The translations under genes were made by a program, and so were the position numbers. Below the pieces are notes generated by a model, which ran no database searches, was not told the DNA's origin, and was given only the letters and a program-made list of their open reading frames with translations. DNA of 24,000 nt from Phycisphaerae bacterium (GTDB lineage: Bacteria; Planctomycetota; Phycisphaerae; UBA1845; PWPN01): contig JAUCQB010000201.1 of NCBI GenBank assembly GCA_030372985.1, forward strand, positions 1-24,000, read 5' to 3'. Of the stretch, positions 15,046 through 23,543 are shown one piece after another. Within the stretch, counting starts at the first letter, position 1. Every line of letters begins with the position of its first letter.

Positions 15046-15831
15046 TCAGGTCGGCCGGCCCCGCAGACCGACAAACAACGCGGTTCGACCGGTCTGCGCC
15101 CCATCGCGACGGTGGCTCCAGAACCGTCGGTCGCAGATGCTGCACAGGCGTGCAACCTCGATGGCGTCACGGGGAACGCCCGCCGCAACCAGTTGGTTTC
15201 GGTTGGCGGTCCACAGGTCAAAGAGAACGCGGCCGCCCTCCTCGACAAAGCATTCTCTCGCGTCGGCCAGCCTGGTCCTGGCAATTCGCCGCACGTGCGG
15301 GCCGACCTCGTAGCAGCATGGTCCGGCAGAGGGTGAAATGGCCGCCCTCATGCGGGCCGGGTCGCTGCCGCAACTCTGGAGCATTTGCCTGACCAGGTTC
15401 TGGGCCGCCCCGGCCACCGTCCCTCGCCAACTGGCATGGACCACCCCGACTGACGGTCGATCCGGGTCGCAGACCACCACCAGCGGACAGTCCGCCGAGA
15501 GAATGATCAGCGGCACGTTCGGCTTATCCGTGATCAACCCGTCGACGAACCGAACCGCGTCTTGCCGGCCATCACGACCGTGACCAATATCATCGCGCTC
15601 CAGCGTCAGAACATCCGCCCCGTGCACTTGCTCGGGCGAGGTCAACGACTCAAACGGCATGCCCAGGATGTCGCACACGCGCCTTCGCCAGTGAACGGCC
15701 TCTTCGCAGCCGGTGCCCTGGTGCGGCGCGTAGTTCTGCGGGCGGGTGGTCACTGCGTGAACCAGCCAGGGTACCGCCTCAAGGCTCTCGAACGAGAGCA
15801 GCGTTACATCGCCGTGCGATCGTTCAATCAT
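15046..15831 (-). CDS. pgeF: Peptidoglycan editing factor PgeF / YfiH (laccase-domain, DUF152) protein
   Basis: ADCPLVVV, VVHASWRGTVAG, GPCCYEVG and RRFWSHRRDG match YfiH-family blocks. Confidence 0.9.
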   Translation of the reverse strand: MIERSHGDVTLLSFESLEAVPWLVHAVTTRPQNYAPHQGTGCEEAVHWRRRVCDILGMPFESLTSPEQVHGADVLTLERDDIGHGRDGRQDAVRFVDGLITDKPNVPLIILSADCPLVVVCDPDRPSVGVVHASWRGTVAGAAQNLVRQMLQSCGSDPARMRAAISPSAGPCCYEVGPHVRRIARTRLADARECFVEEGGRVLFDLWTANRNQLVAAGVPRDAIEVARLCSICDRRFWSHRRDGAQTGRTALFVGLRGRPT

Positions 15832-15859
15832 CTCGGAGACCGTACCCGAAAAACAAGGC

Positions 15860-16840
15860 TCACCCTTTCACCTTCAGAAGGATCTTGATGTAACGAGGGT
15901 CGGACGCCAGTTCAAAGGCCTCAACGCCGCGGGCAAGCGGCAGTTGACGGGACACCATCGACTCGACGTCTATATCACGGCGGGCCAGCGCGCCAATGGC
16001 ATCCGGAAAAGGCCCGCAGCGGCTGCCGAGCACGGTGATCTCGTTGACCGCCACCGGGGCCAGGTTGATGCGTGTGCCGGCGGCGCAGGTGCTCTTGAGC
16101 ACAAGCGTGCCCCGCGGGCGAACCAGCCTCATGGCCGTCTCAAAGCCGTCCGGATTGCCGCTGCAGTCCACGACCACGTCGCGATCGGCTCTCGGCACAA
16201 GATCCGACAGCGAGATCGTCTGAATCCCCTTCTTCTCGCAGAAGTCCAATGTGTGCTCGTTTCGCCCGACGACCTCCAACCGGCAGCCAGTCGTGCGGAG
16301 CACCTGGGCAACCAGCAGGGCCAGTCGTCCGGAGCCGATCACGGCCACGCGTGTCCGCTTCTCGATCGGGCACTGCTTAACCACCTGATAGGCGGCGGCC
16401 AGTGGCTCGATGAAGACGGCCTGCTCGTCGCTGATCGCCCCGGGGACTTCGTGCAGATTTCGCTCGGGCACGGCGATGAACTGGGCGAAACAGCCGTCGC
16501 GGCCCGAAATGCCGATCACGCTTCGCTTGCGACAGTGGTTGGCCAGCCCCTGCTGGCACATGTCGCACTTGCCGCAGACGCAGTTGATCTCCGCCGTGAC
16601 CCTCCTCCCCCGCCACCGCCGCGAGCCCCTCACTACCGTCCCCACGAACTCGTGCCCGAGCACCCCCTCATAACTCATGTAGCCCTTGGTGATCTCGATG
16701 TCTGTGGCACAGATGCCCGCAAGGTGGACCTCGATCAGGGCCTCATCCTCCCTGGGCGATGGGTCCGGGTATTTGGCGTCGAGTCGAAGCGTCTGGTTGA
16801 AGACAAGCGCATTCACCTGGGTGGCCTTCTCCGTCGGCAT
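15860..16840 (-). CDS. Zinc-dependent alcohol dehydrogenase family (MDR) oxidoreductase
   Basis: GICATDIEITKG...GHEFVGTV catalytic zinc motifs, CGKCDMCQQGLANHC structural zinc motif, and VIGSGRLALLVA Rossmann motif. Confidence 0.9.
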   Translation of the reverse strand: MPTEKATQVNALVFNQTLRLDAKYPDPSPREDEALIEVHLAGICATDIEITKGYMSYEGVLGHEFVGTVVRGSRRWRGRRVTAEINCVCGKCDMCQQGLANHCRKRSVIGISGRDGCFAQFIAVPERNLHEVPGAISDEQAVFIEPLAAAYQVVKQCPIEKRTRVAVIGSGRLALLVAQVLRTTGCRLEVVGRNEHTLDFCEKKGIQTISLSDLVPRADRDVVVDCSGNPDGFETAMRLVRPRGTLVLKSTCAAGTRINLAPVAVNEITVLGSRCGPFPDAIGALARRDIDVESMVSRQLPLARGVEAFELASDPRYIKILLKVKG

Positions 16841-17037
16841 TCAAATCTGCTTTGCCCAGATCAGTATCGAGCATCATTGCAGGACCGTCAATCCACAACC
16901 CCTTGGACACTTGCCGGGCTCCCGTTCCCGCCCGCTGGCCTGTCGTCATTCTCGGCGTTATAGTCACGGTTTTCGTAACCGTGCCGTGGGACCGTGACCG
17001 TTTTCGCTCGCCGCACGGCCTTGGCGACATCGCAGGC

Positions 17038-17853
17038 ATGAGTATGACAAACAGGATCGATCGGGCGTTTGCAGATCTGTCGGCCAAAGGCAGGAAAGGC
17101 CTTCTGCCGTTCGTAACCGCGGGCCTGCCCGATCTCGATACAACACAGCGGATCCTTGAATCTCTGGCCGACCTCGGCGTCACAGCCGTCGAGCTCGGCT
17201 TCCCCTACTCCGATCCCATCGCCGACGGGCCAATCATCCAGGAGTCTTTCACCAGGGTGCTCGAATGCGGAATCCGTGTCCGCGACATCCTCGCGATGGT
17301 GGCCCGATTTCGGCAGAAATCTCAGTTGCCCCTGCTGGCGATGTTGTCCTACTCCATCGTGCACCGCATCGGTCTTGACACGTTCGTCCGTCAGGCCGCC
17401 CAGGCCGGCATCGACGGGTTGATTCTGCCCGATTTGTCGCTGGAGGAGGCCCCGCAGGCCGCCAGGGTCGTTGCCGACGCCGGTCTATGCCTGCCGATGC
17501 TCATCTCGCCGGTCTCGCCTCGGCAGCGCCGGGAAAAAATCGCCGCCACCTGCAGCGGCTTCGTGTACTACATGTCGGTCGCCGGCATCACCGGCGAGCG
17601 AAAGCAACTCCCCCCGGATCTCGTCGACAACGTCCGCGAGATTCGCCAGGCCTCCGGCCGTCCGGTCGTCGTCGGCTTCGGCATTAGTTCGGCCGAGCAC
17701 GTGCGTCTCGTCTGTTCGGCCGCCGACGGCGCCATCATCGGCAGCGCCCTGGTGCGCAAGATGATGGAGACCATGAACGGCGGCGCCAACAGCGATGCCG
17801 TTGTCAACGCAGCCGCCGATGCCGTTCGCGAATGGATGACAGGCCTGCCCTGA
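17038..17853 (+). CDS. trpA: Tryptophan synthase alpha subunit
   Basis: ELGFPYSDPIADGPIIQ, FVYYMSVAGITGER and VGFGIS match TrpA. Start at ATG 17038 (MSMTNRIDRAF) or 17044. The upstream part of track ORF 16852.. looks non-coding. Confidence 0.93.
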   Translation: MSMTNRIDRAFADLSAKGRKGLLPFVTAGLPDLDTTQRILESLADLGVTAVELGFPYSDPIADGPIIQESFTRVLECGIRVRDILAMVARFRQKSQLPLLAMLSYSIVHRIGLDTFVRQAAQAGIDGLILPDLSLEEAPQAARVVADAGLCLPMLISPVSPRQRREKIAATCSGFVYYMSVAGITGERKQLPPDLVDNVREIRQASGRPVVVGFGISSAEHVRLVCSAADGAIIGSALVRKMMETMNGGANSDAVVNAAADAVREWMTGLP

Positions 17854-18029
17854 GATCGCTGCCTCCGTCGGCTCCTTCAATTCCGCTCAGGCCGTTGGTC
17901 GGCTTCCGGGCACAAACGGTTTGCCCAGCCCTCTGCTTGACGGATGACTCCTATTGTGCACCTTCGCGACGTGCGGCCGGCATTCCGACATCTGCAATTC
18001 ACCTGGGCGGCATCGGATGATGTCGGAGC

Positions 18030-19046
18030 CTACTGACGCGGATGGAATTGCCGGTGAATGGCCTTGAGGCGTGAATTGTCGACGTGCGTGTAGATCTGCG
18101 TCGTGCTGATATCGGCGTGACCGAGGAGTTCCTGAACGACGCGAAGATCCGCCCCCCCTGCCAGCAGGTGCGTCGCGAAACAATGCCGCAACGTGTGCGG
18201 GGACAACCTCCCGGCCACGCCCATCTGGCGTGCGTACTTGACCACCAGCCGCCAGCAGTTCGTACGATCCAGCGGCTTGCCGGTCCGTGAAACGAACAAG
18301 CGGTCGCTCGATGTCCCGTCGATCAACTGAGGCCTCAGGATGGTCAGGTATTCCCGCAGCGCCTCGACGGCCCGCGAGCCGATCGGCACGACTCGCTCCC
18401 GACGCCCTTTGCCCATGCATCTGAGGTAGCCGATGTCGAGATGAACACTGCTCAGAACCAGCCCGACCAGTTCGCTCACCCGCAGGCCGGTGGCGTAGAA
18501 CAGCTCCAGGATGGCCCGGTCGCGCAGAGCCAGAGGGTCGTCCGTCTCGTTCGGCAGCCCCAGGAGCTTGTCCACGTCCTGTCTGCTGAGCACGCGCGGG
18601 AGGTGTTGCCACTTCTTGGGGGCCTCGATCAGCGTGGAGACATCGTCTTTGATGAGTCCGTTCTGGTGCAGGTACCTGAGGAACAGCTTCACCGCGACGA
18701 GCCGGCGTGCGATCGACGACTCGGCCAGGTTTGCGGCCTCTCGCAGTGCAACCATGAACGCCTGAATGTGGCGGACGTTGATCGTCCTGATGTCGATGCG
18801 CTGATCGGCGCAGAACCCGGCCAGTGACGTCAGGTCATGGCGATAGGCGGTCAGGGTGTTCTCTGACAGCCCGGCCTCGACGTTGAGATGCCGCAGGAAC
18901 GCCTCAATCTGGTTGCACAACGACGGCGCAGATTCCGCTGCGGCCTCAGGCTGAGGCCCATTGCGCAGGCGCAAGTCGTGTGTCGGACCGGATCTCGGCG
19001 GCTCGGATCCTATGGTAAACGGAACATGAGTCATGATCGTGGGCAC
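18030..19046 (-). CDS. xerD: Tyrosine site-specific recombinase XerD
   Basis: IEAFLRHLNVEAGLSENTLTAYRHDL, ATGLRVSEL (Arg), HTLRHCFATHLL, and LLGHADISTTQIYTHVDNSRLKAIHRQFHPR resemble E. coli XerD more than XerC. The start is uncertain: GTG 19046, ATG 19034 or TTG 18920. Confidence 0.88.
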   Translation of the reverse strand: MPTIMTHVPFTIGSEPPRSGPTHDLRLRNGPQPEAAAESAPSLCNQIEAFLRHLNVEAGLSENTLTAYRHDLTSLAGFCADQRIDIRTINVRHIQAFMVALREAANLAESSIARRLVAVKLFLRYLHQNGLIKDDVSTLIEAPKKWQHLPRVLSRQDVDKLLGLPNETDDPLALRDRAILELFYATGLRVSELVGLVLSSVHLDIGYLRCMGKGRRERVVPIGSRAVEALREYLTILRPQLIDGTSSDRLFVSRTGKPLDRTNCWRLVVKYARQMGVAGRLSPHTLRHCFATHLLAGGADLRVVQELLGHADISTTQIYTHVDNSRLKAIHRQFHPRQ

Positions 19047-19164
19047 ACAGACGGAACGCTTCCCGCAGATTCATGAGGGTCCACAGGCCGGCACAGCGCG
19101 CATCGCGGCCGTCGAGATAGGGACACACAGACTGCGGGGTGTTCACGGATTCATCCTCGCTCAT
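18946..19164 (-). CDS. Possible small Cys/His-rich protein (72 aa) upstream of and overlapping the annotated xerD N-terminus
   Basis: ATG-started ORF MSEDESVNTPQSVCPYLDGRDARCAGLWTLMNLREAFRLCAHDHDSCSVYHRI.... By manual count its GC3 is about 68%, against about 65% for the overlapping xerD N-terminal extension, so the two frames are not distinguishable. It is the only ORF covering 19047-19164. I recognise no family. Confidence 0.3.
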   Translation of the reverse strand: MSEDESVNTPQSVCPYLDGRDARCAGLWTLMNLREAFRLCAHDHDSCSVYHRIRAAEIRSDTRLAPAQWASA

Positions 19165-19349
19165 CTACGGGCACGGGCGTCTGGACGCCGCCCGTCGCTG
19201 TAGTTATCGGGCGACCCCCGAATTTTGCTTGAGTGGATCTGGGAAGGCTGAATGTCCCCATGAGAGTTGCCATGGGGGCCCTGCAGCCTTACCATCACGC
19301 CCAAAAATGGGGCGGAAACCGGCTGGTTGTGCCCTGGGAGGTGAGTACC

Positions 19350-21794
19350 GTGACTGGAAATCCTGCACGCGTCATCGTCGCCGCAATCCTGATGTTGCTG
19401 TCCCCGGCCGCTCGGCCCAACACGGCGGCCGCCAGGGAGTTGACCTACGAAGATCTGCTTGCCCACCTGACCGACATCGACCGCCTGCCGGTCATCGAGC
19501 CCGGGGTACGCTGCCTGCAGTTCAGCAGTTATGACCGGGCCAGCCAATATGACGCCGCGACCGACAGCTACAACAACTGGGACGCGAATGGAGATGCGGG
19601 CCATTTTCTTCGGATCGATCCCCAGACCAAGGAGGGTGTCATGGCCGAGATGGACGGCCCCGGCTGCATCTTCCGGATCTGGTCAGCCAACCCGCAAGGT
19701 GTGATTCGCTTCTACCTGGACGGCGACGCCAAGCCGACGTACGAGTGGGATTTCAACAGACTCTGCACCGGTGCCATCGAGCCGTTCATCAAGCCGCTCG
19801 TCTGGAAGCGGGATCCCAACAACGCCAATTCGGCCTCGAACATCTATCTGCCCATTCCCTACGCCAAAGGCTGCAAGGTCACCAGCGTGATCCCCCAGCC
19901 GGATGGCGCCGGCAAGACGCCCGGCCACTACTACATCATCAACTACCGTACATTTCCAAAAGACTGGACCGTGCCGACTTTCAAGCTTCCGCTGACCGAG
20001 TCGCAGCGGGCCGCGGTCGAGGACACGGCCGCGAAGTGGTCGAGGTGCGGCCAGGTGGGACCACATCCTCTCGATCGCTTCGCGACGAAGAAAGAGACGA
20101 TCGCTCCGGGCCAGCGACTTGTGGTCGCGGAGTTGAAGGGGCCGGCCGTCATCCGGCAATTCCGAGCGAAGCTGAGTTCCACAGAAAAATGGGCGACACG
20201 GAAGGTCGGGCTGCGGATCTATTGGGACGACGAGACGGAACCCTCCGTTTGCTGCCCGATCGGCGATTTCTTCGGCGAGCCCAAGGACGTGGAATACAAG
20301 TCGTACCCGATGGGCATCACCGATTCGATGAATTACTGCTTCTTCCCGATGCCCTTCCGGGCAGGCGCCAAGATCGATCTGGTCAACGAGGGAAAGCAGC
20401 CGGCGCCGGTCGAGGTCGCCATTGCCTACCGGCCACAGGAAGTGCCGGATGATTGGGCGCATTTCAAGGCCAAGTTCCGCTCGGAGATCGCCTCGGAGAG
20501 CTTTGACTACCCGCTTATCGAGACCCGCGGAACCGGCAAACTCGTGGGCATCTGTCTGTTCCCCGACAACATCCACGGCGGGTGGTGGGGTGAAGGCGAC
20601 GAGAAGGTCTATGTCGACGGCGAGAAGTTCCCCTCCTGGTTCGGAACAGGGTCCGAGGACTACTTTGGTGACGCCTGGGGAATTCGCCACTTCGCGAATC
20701 CCTCCCACGGGCATCCCCAGAAGAACGTGGAACGAATGCAGGGCTGCTATCGTTGGCATCTCGGGGATAACATCCCCTTCTACAAGTCGCTGCGGATGAC
20801 CATCGAGAACTACACCGGCCTGCCGCATGTGACCAGCCGCAACGACTACAGTTCGGTTGCATACTGGTACGAGTTGCCGGGCGGTAACGATTTCTTTGAG
20901 GAGGTGCCGCTGGCCGATCGCATCCCGCGCGGTTTCGTCGCCACGGGAGCCCTGGAAATTGAACGTTGCCAGGACCCGGCAACGTTGAGCGATGCGCTGC
21001 GCGTCATTGACGACACCGAACTCCCCAAGCCGCTCTCCAGCGGCGGCGGCCTGATGTTCGTCGGTGATGTGGGAGACGAGATCACCTTTCAGGTGCCCGT
21101 CGGGCAGGATGAGCATTATCTGCTTCGTCCGGTCCTGGCCCAGGATGTCCGAAACTCGAAGTTCGAGTTACTGGTGGACGGCAAGCCGGCCGGCCAGCGC
21201 CCCTACCTGCGCAAAGGCATGATGCCCATTACGCTCAAGTTCACCGGTGACCCCGTTGACGGCGATCGTTGCCGCGCGATCATCGACTGCCTGCGCATGG
21301 AGGTCTACCGCAACTTCATCACCCACTGGATGGTCGTCGGGCCTTTCCCCAACCCCGACCACAAGGGGTTTTCGACCGTCTATCCGCCCGAGGAGCAACT
21401 TGACTTCGGCGCCAAATATGCCGGGAAAGACAACCAGGACCTCACGTGGCAACCGGTCAGCAGTCAGGACGGCGTCATGATGCTGCAGGGCAGATTCAGA
21501 CCCTCTGAAGACGTCATCGTTTACGGCGCCTGTATCGTTCGCTCGCCCAAGGCCGGGAAACGCACCCTGCTGGTCGGCAGCGACGACGGCATCAAGATCT
21601 GGCTGAACGGCAGGCTTGTCTGGGAACACCTCGTGCGCCGAGGGATCAAGCCTGATGAGGACCGCATCGGGGTCGATCTCAAACAGGGCGACAACCTGCT
21701 GCTGCTCAAGCTCGACCAGGGCCCCGGCGACATGGGATGGGCCGTGCGGTTCGTTGACCCAGCAGATGAGCTGCAGCTTGCACTGCCGAAGTGA
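19350..21794 (+). CDS. Secreted DUF2961 / glycoside hydrolase family 172-like protein with a ~290-aa C-terminal beta-sandwich-like extension
   Basis: GPGCIFRIWSANPQG, NIYLPIPYAKGC, LRIYWDDE...CPIGDFFG, NYCFFPMPF, GGWWGEGDEKVYVDGE...FGTGSEDYF, YRWHLGDNIPF and SSVAYWY are DUF2961 blocks. GTG 19350 gives the signal peptide MTGNPARVIVAAILMLLSPAARP and follows GGGAGG (19336-19341). The maximal ORF starts at 19233. Confidence 0.9.
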   Translation: MTGNPARVIVAAILMLLSPAARPNTAAARELTYEDLLAHLTDIDRLPVIEPGVRCLQFSSYDRASQYDAATDSYNNWDANGDAGHFLRIDPQTKEGVMAEMDGPGCIFRIWSANPQGVIRFYLDGDAKPTYEWDFNRLCTGAIEPFIKPLVWKRDPNNANSASNIYLPIPYAKGCKVTSVIPQPDGAGKTPGHYYIINYRTFPKDWTVPTFKLPLTESQRAAVEDTAAKWSRCGQVGPHPLDRFATKKETIAPGQRLVVAELKGPAVIRQFRAKLSSTEKWATRKVGLRIYWDDETEPSVCCPIGDFFGEPKDVEYKSYPMGITDSMNYCFFPMPFRAGAKIDLVNEGKQPAPVEVAIAYRPQEVPDDWAHFKAKFRSEIASESFDYPLIETRGTGKLVGICLFPDNIHGGWWGEGDEKVYVDGEKFPSWFGTGSEDYFGDAWGIRHFANPSHGHPQKNVERMQGCYRWHLGDNIPFYKSLRMTIENYTGLPHVTSRNDYSSVAYWYELPGGNDFFEEVPLADRIPRGFVATGALEIERCQDPATLSDALRVIDDTELPKPLSSGGGLMFVGDVGDEITFQVPVGQDEHYLLRPVLAQDVRNSKFELLVDGKPAGQRPYLRKGMMPITLKFTGDPVDGDRCRAIIDCLRMEVYRNFITHWMVVGPFPNPDHKGFSTVYPPEEQLDFGAKYAGKDNQDLTWQPVSSQDGVMMLQGRFRPSEDVIVYGACIVRSPKAGKRTLLVGSDDGIKIWLNGRLVWEHLVRRGIKPDEDRIGVDLKQGDNLLLLKLDQGPGDMGWAVRFVDPADELQLALPK

Positions 21795-21924
21795 TGCCCG
21801 GGGGCTGCCTTCGATTTCGCCAACCTGCACCCGTCACGGCACTTGCTTCGATCGCGACTGATGCGATCCTTGCTCGATACCGGCATTCTTCTGAGGATTG
21901 TCAATCGCGAGCCCTGATGCCCGA

Positions 21925-21953
21925 TTGACGCCCTCGGTCGAGGCACTTACGAT
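21925..21953 (+). promoter_or_regulatory. Putative sigma70-type promoter for hldE-gmhA
   Basis: TTGACG (21925-21930), 17-nt spacer, TACGAT (21948-21953). Confidence 0.4.
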
Positions 21954-22055
21954 GTGTGCCGGCCGTTGGGCAGCCGCGCGGATCGGTCGACCGAGGGCCT
22001 GTATTCGTTGTATGTTACGGTAGCGATCCGCCGGCGCTGCGGCGAGGGCCGCGAC

Positions 22056-23543
22056 TTGATTCCCCGTCTGATACAACTGGTCCAATCGTTCGGCCGTCAG
22101 CGGGTTCTGCTGATCGGTGATCTCATTCTCGACCGCTACATTTACGGCGATGCGGAACGGATCAGCCCGGAAGCGCCCGTCGTCGTGCTCCGCAAGGAAC
22201 ACGACGAAGAACGTGTCGGCGGAGCCGGAAGTGTCGCCGCCAATATGCGCGAGTTGGGCTTGGATGTGGTCTGCGTCGGCGCAGTCGGTTTGGATGACGC
22301 CGGCCACCGGATCAGAGCCTTGCTGGAGGCTCAGCGGATCGGAACTCGGGGGCTGGTCGCCCTGGGCGATCGTCCGACGACCACCAAGACGCGTTTTGTC
22401 GGCCTGGCCCAGCACCGCCACCGCCAACAGCTTATCCGGGTGGACGACGAGGTGACCCGGCCGTTCTCCGAGTCAGATTCGGCCCGGGTCATCCAGATGG
22501 CGGTTGCGGCCATCAAGGATGTCGCCGCCGTCTGCCTCGAGGACTACGACAAGGGTCTGCTGAGCGAATCCTTGTGCCAGAAGGTCATCGCCGCCGCGAA
22601 GACTGCCGGAAAGCCCGTGCTTGTCGATCCCGCACGCCTCAGCGACTACAGCAAGTATCGTGGTGCGACCCTCCTGACGCCGAACCGGGCCGAGTTCCAG
22701 CTGGCATCCGGTTGCCGTGATACGTCAGTGGACACCCTTCTGGTCAGCGCCCACGCGGTCATCGAGAAGTATGGTCTGGGCGGACTCCTGGTGACGGTTG
22801 ATCGCGATGGGGCGATTCTGGCGGAGAGGGGCAAGAAAGCCGTTTGCATTCCGACGCGACCCCGGGCGGTTTACGACAATACCGGCGCGGGCGACGCCGT
22901 GCTGGCGATGCTCGCGGCGGCAGTTGTCGCGGGGGCAACATGGGAGGAGGCCGCCCGGTTGACCAACGTCGCCGGCGGTCTGGAGGTCGAGAAATTCGGC
23001 TGTGTGCCGATCACGCGGGAGGAAGTCATTGCCGATCTCCGTCTTTCATCCCGGGCCGGTACCGGCAAAATTCGCACCGCCGATGAACTCACCTCGGAGC
23101 TGTCGCTTCGGCGAAGCCGTGGTGAAACGGTCGTGTTCACCAACGGCTGCTACGACCTTCTGCACGCCGGACACGTCCGGTTCCTGGAGCAGTGCAAGGC
23201 TCTGGGCAACATTGTGGTAGTCGGCCTCAATTCCGACGCCTCCGTCCGCGCTCAGAACAAGGCCAAGGACCGTCCGATCGTTCCGCAGGAATACCGGGCA
23301 GAGGTGATCGCGGCGTTGCAGACCGTCGACTACGTCGTCCTGTTTGATGAGCCGACGCCGCTGTCGTTGATCGAGAAGATCCGCCCCGAGGTGCTCGTCA
23401 AAGGTGAAGATTGGAAGGACAGGGGCGTGGTCGGTCGTGAGTTCGTTGAATCCCGCGGCGGCAAGGTCGTTCTCCTGCCGCTGGTTGAGGATCTCAGCAC
23501 GACGAACCTGATCGAGCGGATTCGCGCGGGAGCCAGGCGATGA
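22056..23543 (+). CDS. hldE: Bifunctional D-glycero-beta-D-manno-heptose-7-phosphate kinase / heptose-1-phosphate adenylyltransferase
   Basis: N-terminal ribokinase-like domain (VLLIGDLILDRYIYGDAERISPEAPVVV, NTGAGDAV) and C-terminal cytidylyltransferase domain (VFTNGCYDLLHAGHVRFL). TTG 22056 is preceded by GAGGG and gives an N-terminus of E. coli-like length. The maximal ORF GTG 21954 would sit immediately downstream of the predicted -10 box (21948-21953) and upstream of the expected TSS. Confidence 0.9.
   Translation: MIPRLIQLVQSFGRQRVLLIGDLILDRYIYGDAERISPEAPVVVLRKEHDEERVGGAGSVAANMRELGLDVVCVGAVGLDDAGHRIRALLEAQRIGTRGLVALGDRPTTTKTRFVGLAQHRHRQQLIRVDDEVTRPFSESDSARVIQMAVAAIKDVAAVCLEDYDKGLLSESLCQKVIAAAKTAGKPVLVDPARLSDYSKYRGATLLTPNRAEFQLASGCRDTSVDTLLVSAHAVIEKYGLGGLLVTVDRDGAILAERGKKAVCIPTRPRAVYDNTGAGDAVLAMLAAAVVAGATWEEAARLTNVAGGLEVEKFGCVPITREEVIADLRLSSRAGTGKIRTADELTSELSLRRSRGETVVFTNGCYDLLHAGHVRFLEQCKALGNIVVVGLNSDASVRAQNKAKDRPIVPQEYRAEVIAALQTVDYVVLFDEPTPLSLIEKIRPEVLVKGEDWKDRGVVGREFVESRGGKVVLLPLVEDLSTTNLIERIRAGARR

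Noticed and set aside
17984-18027. 9-bp inverted repeat TCCGACATC...GATGTCGGA in the convergent trpA/xerD spacer, considered as a bidirectional terminator
   Set aside because: It has a 26-nt loop and no flanking U/A tracts on either strand. It may be structured RNA, but the evidence for termination is weak.
18030-19046. The tyrosine recombinase as a marker of an integrated mobile element or prophage
   Set aside because: The sequence has chromosomal XerD hallmarks (N-terminal IEAFL…ENTL.AYR.DL and C-terminal LLGH…STTQIYTHV…RL…H..HPR). It is flanked by trpA and a glycosidase, with no phage or transposon genes, no tRNA target and no flanking direct repeats that I could see.
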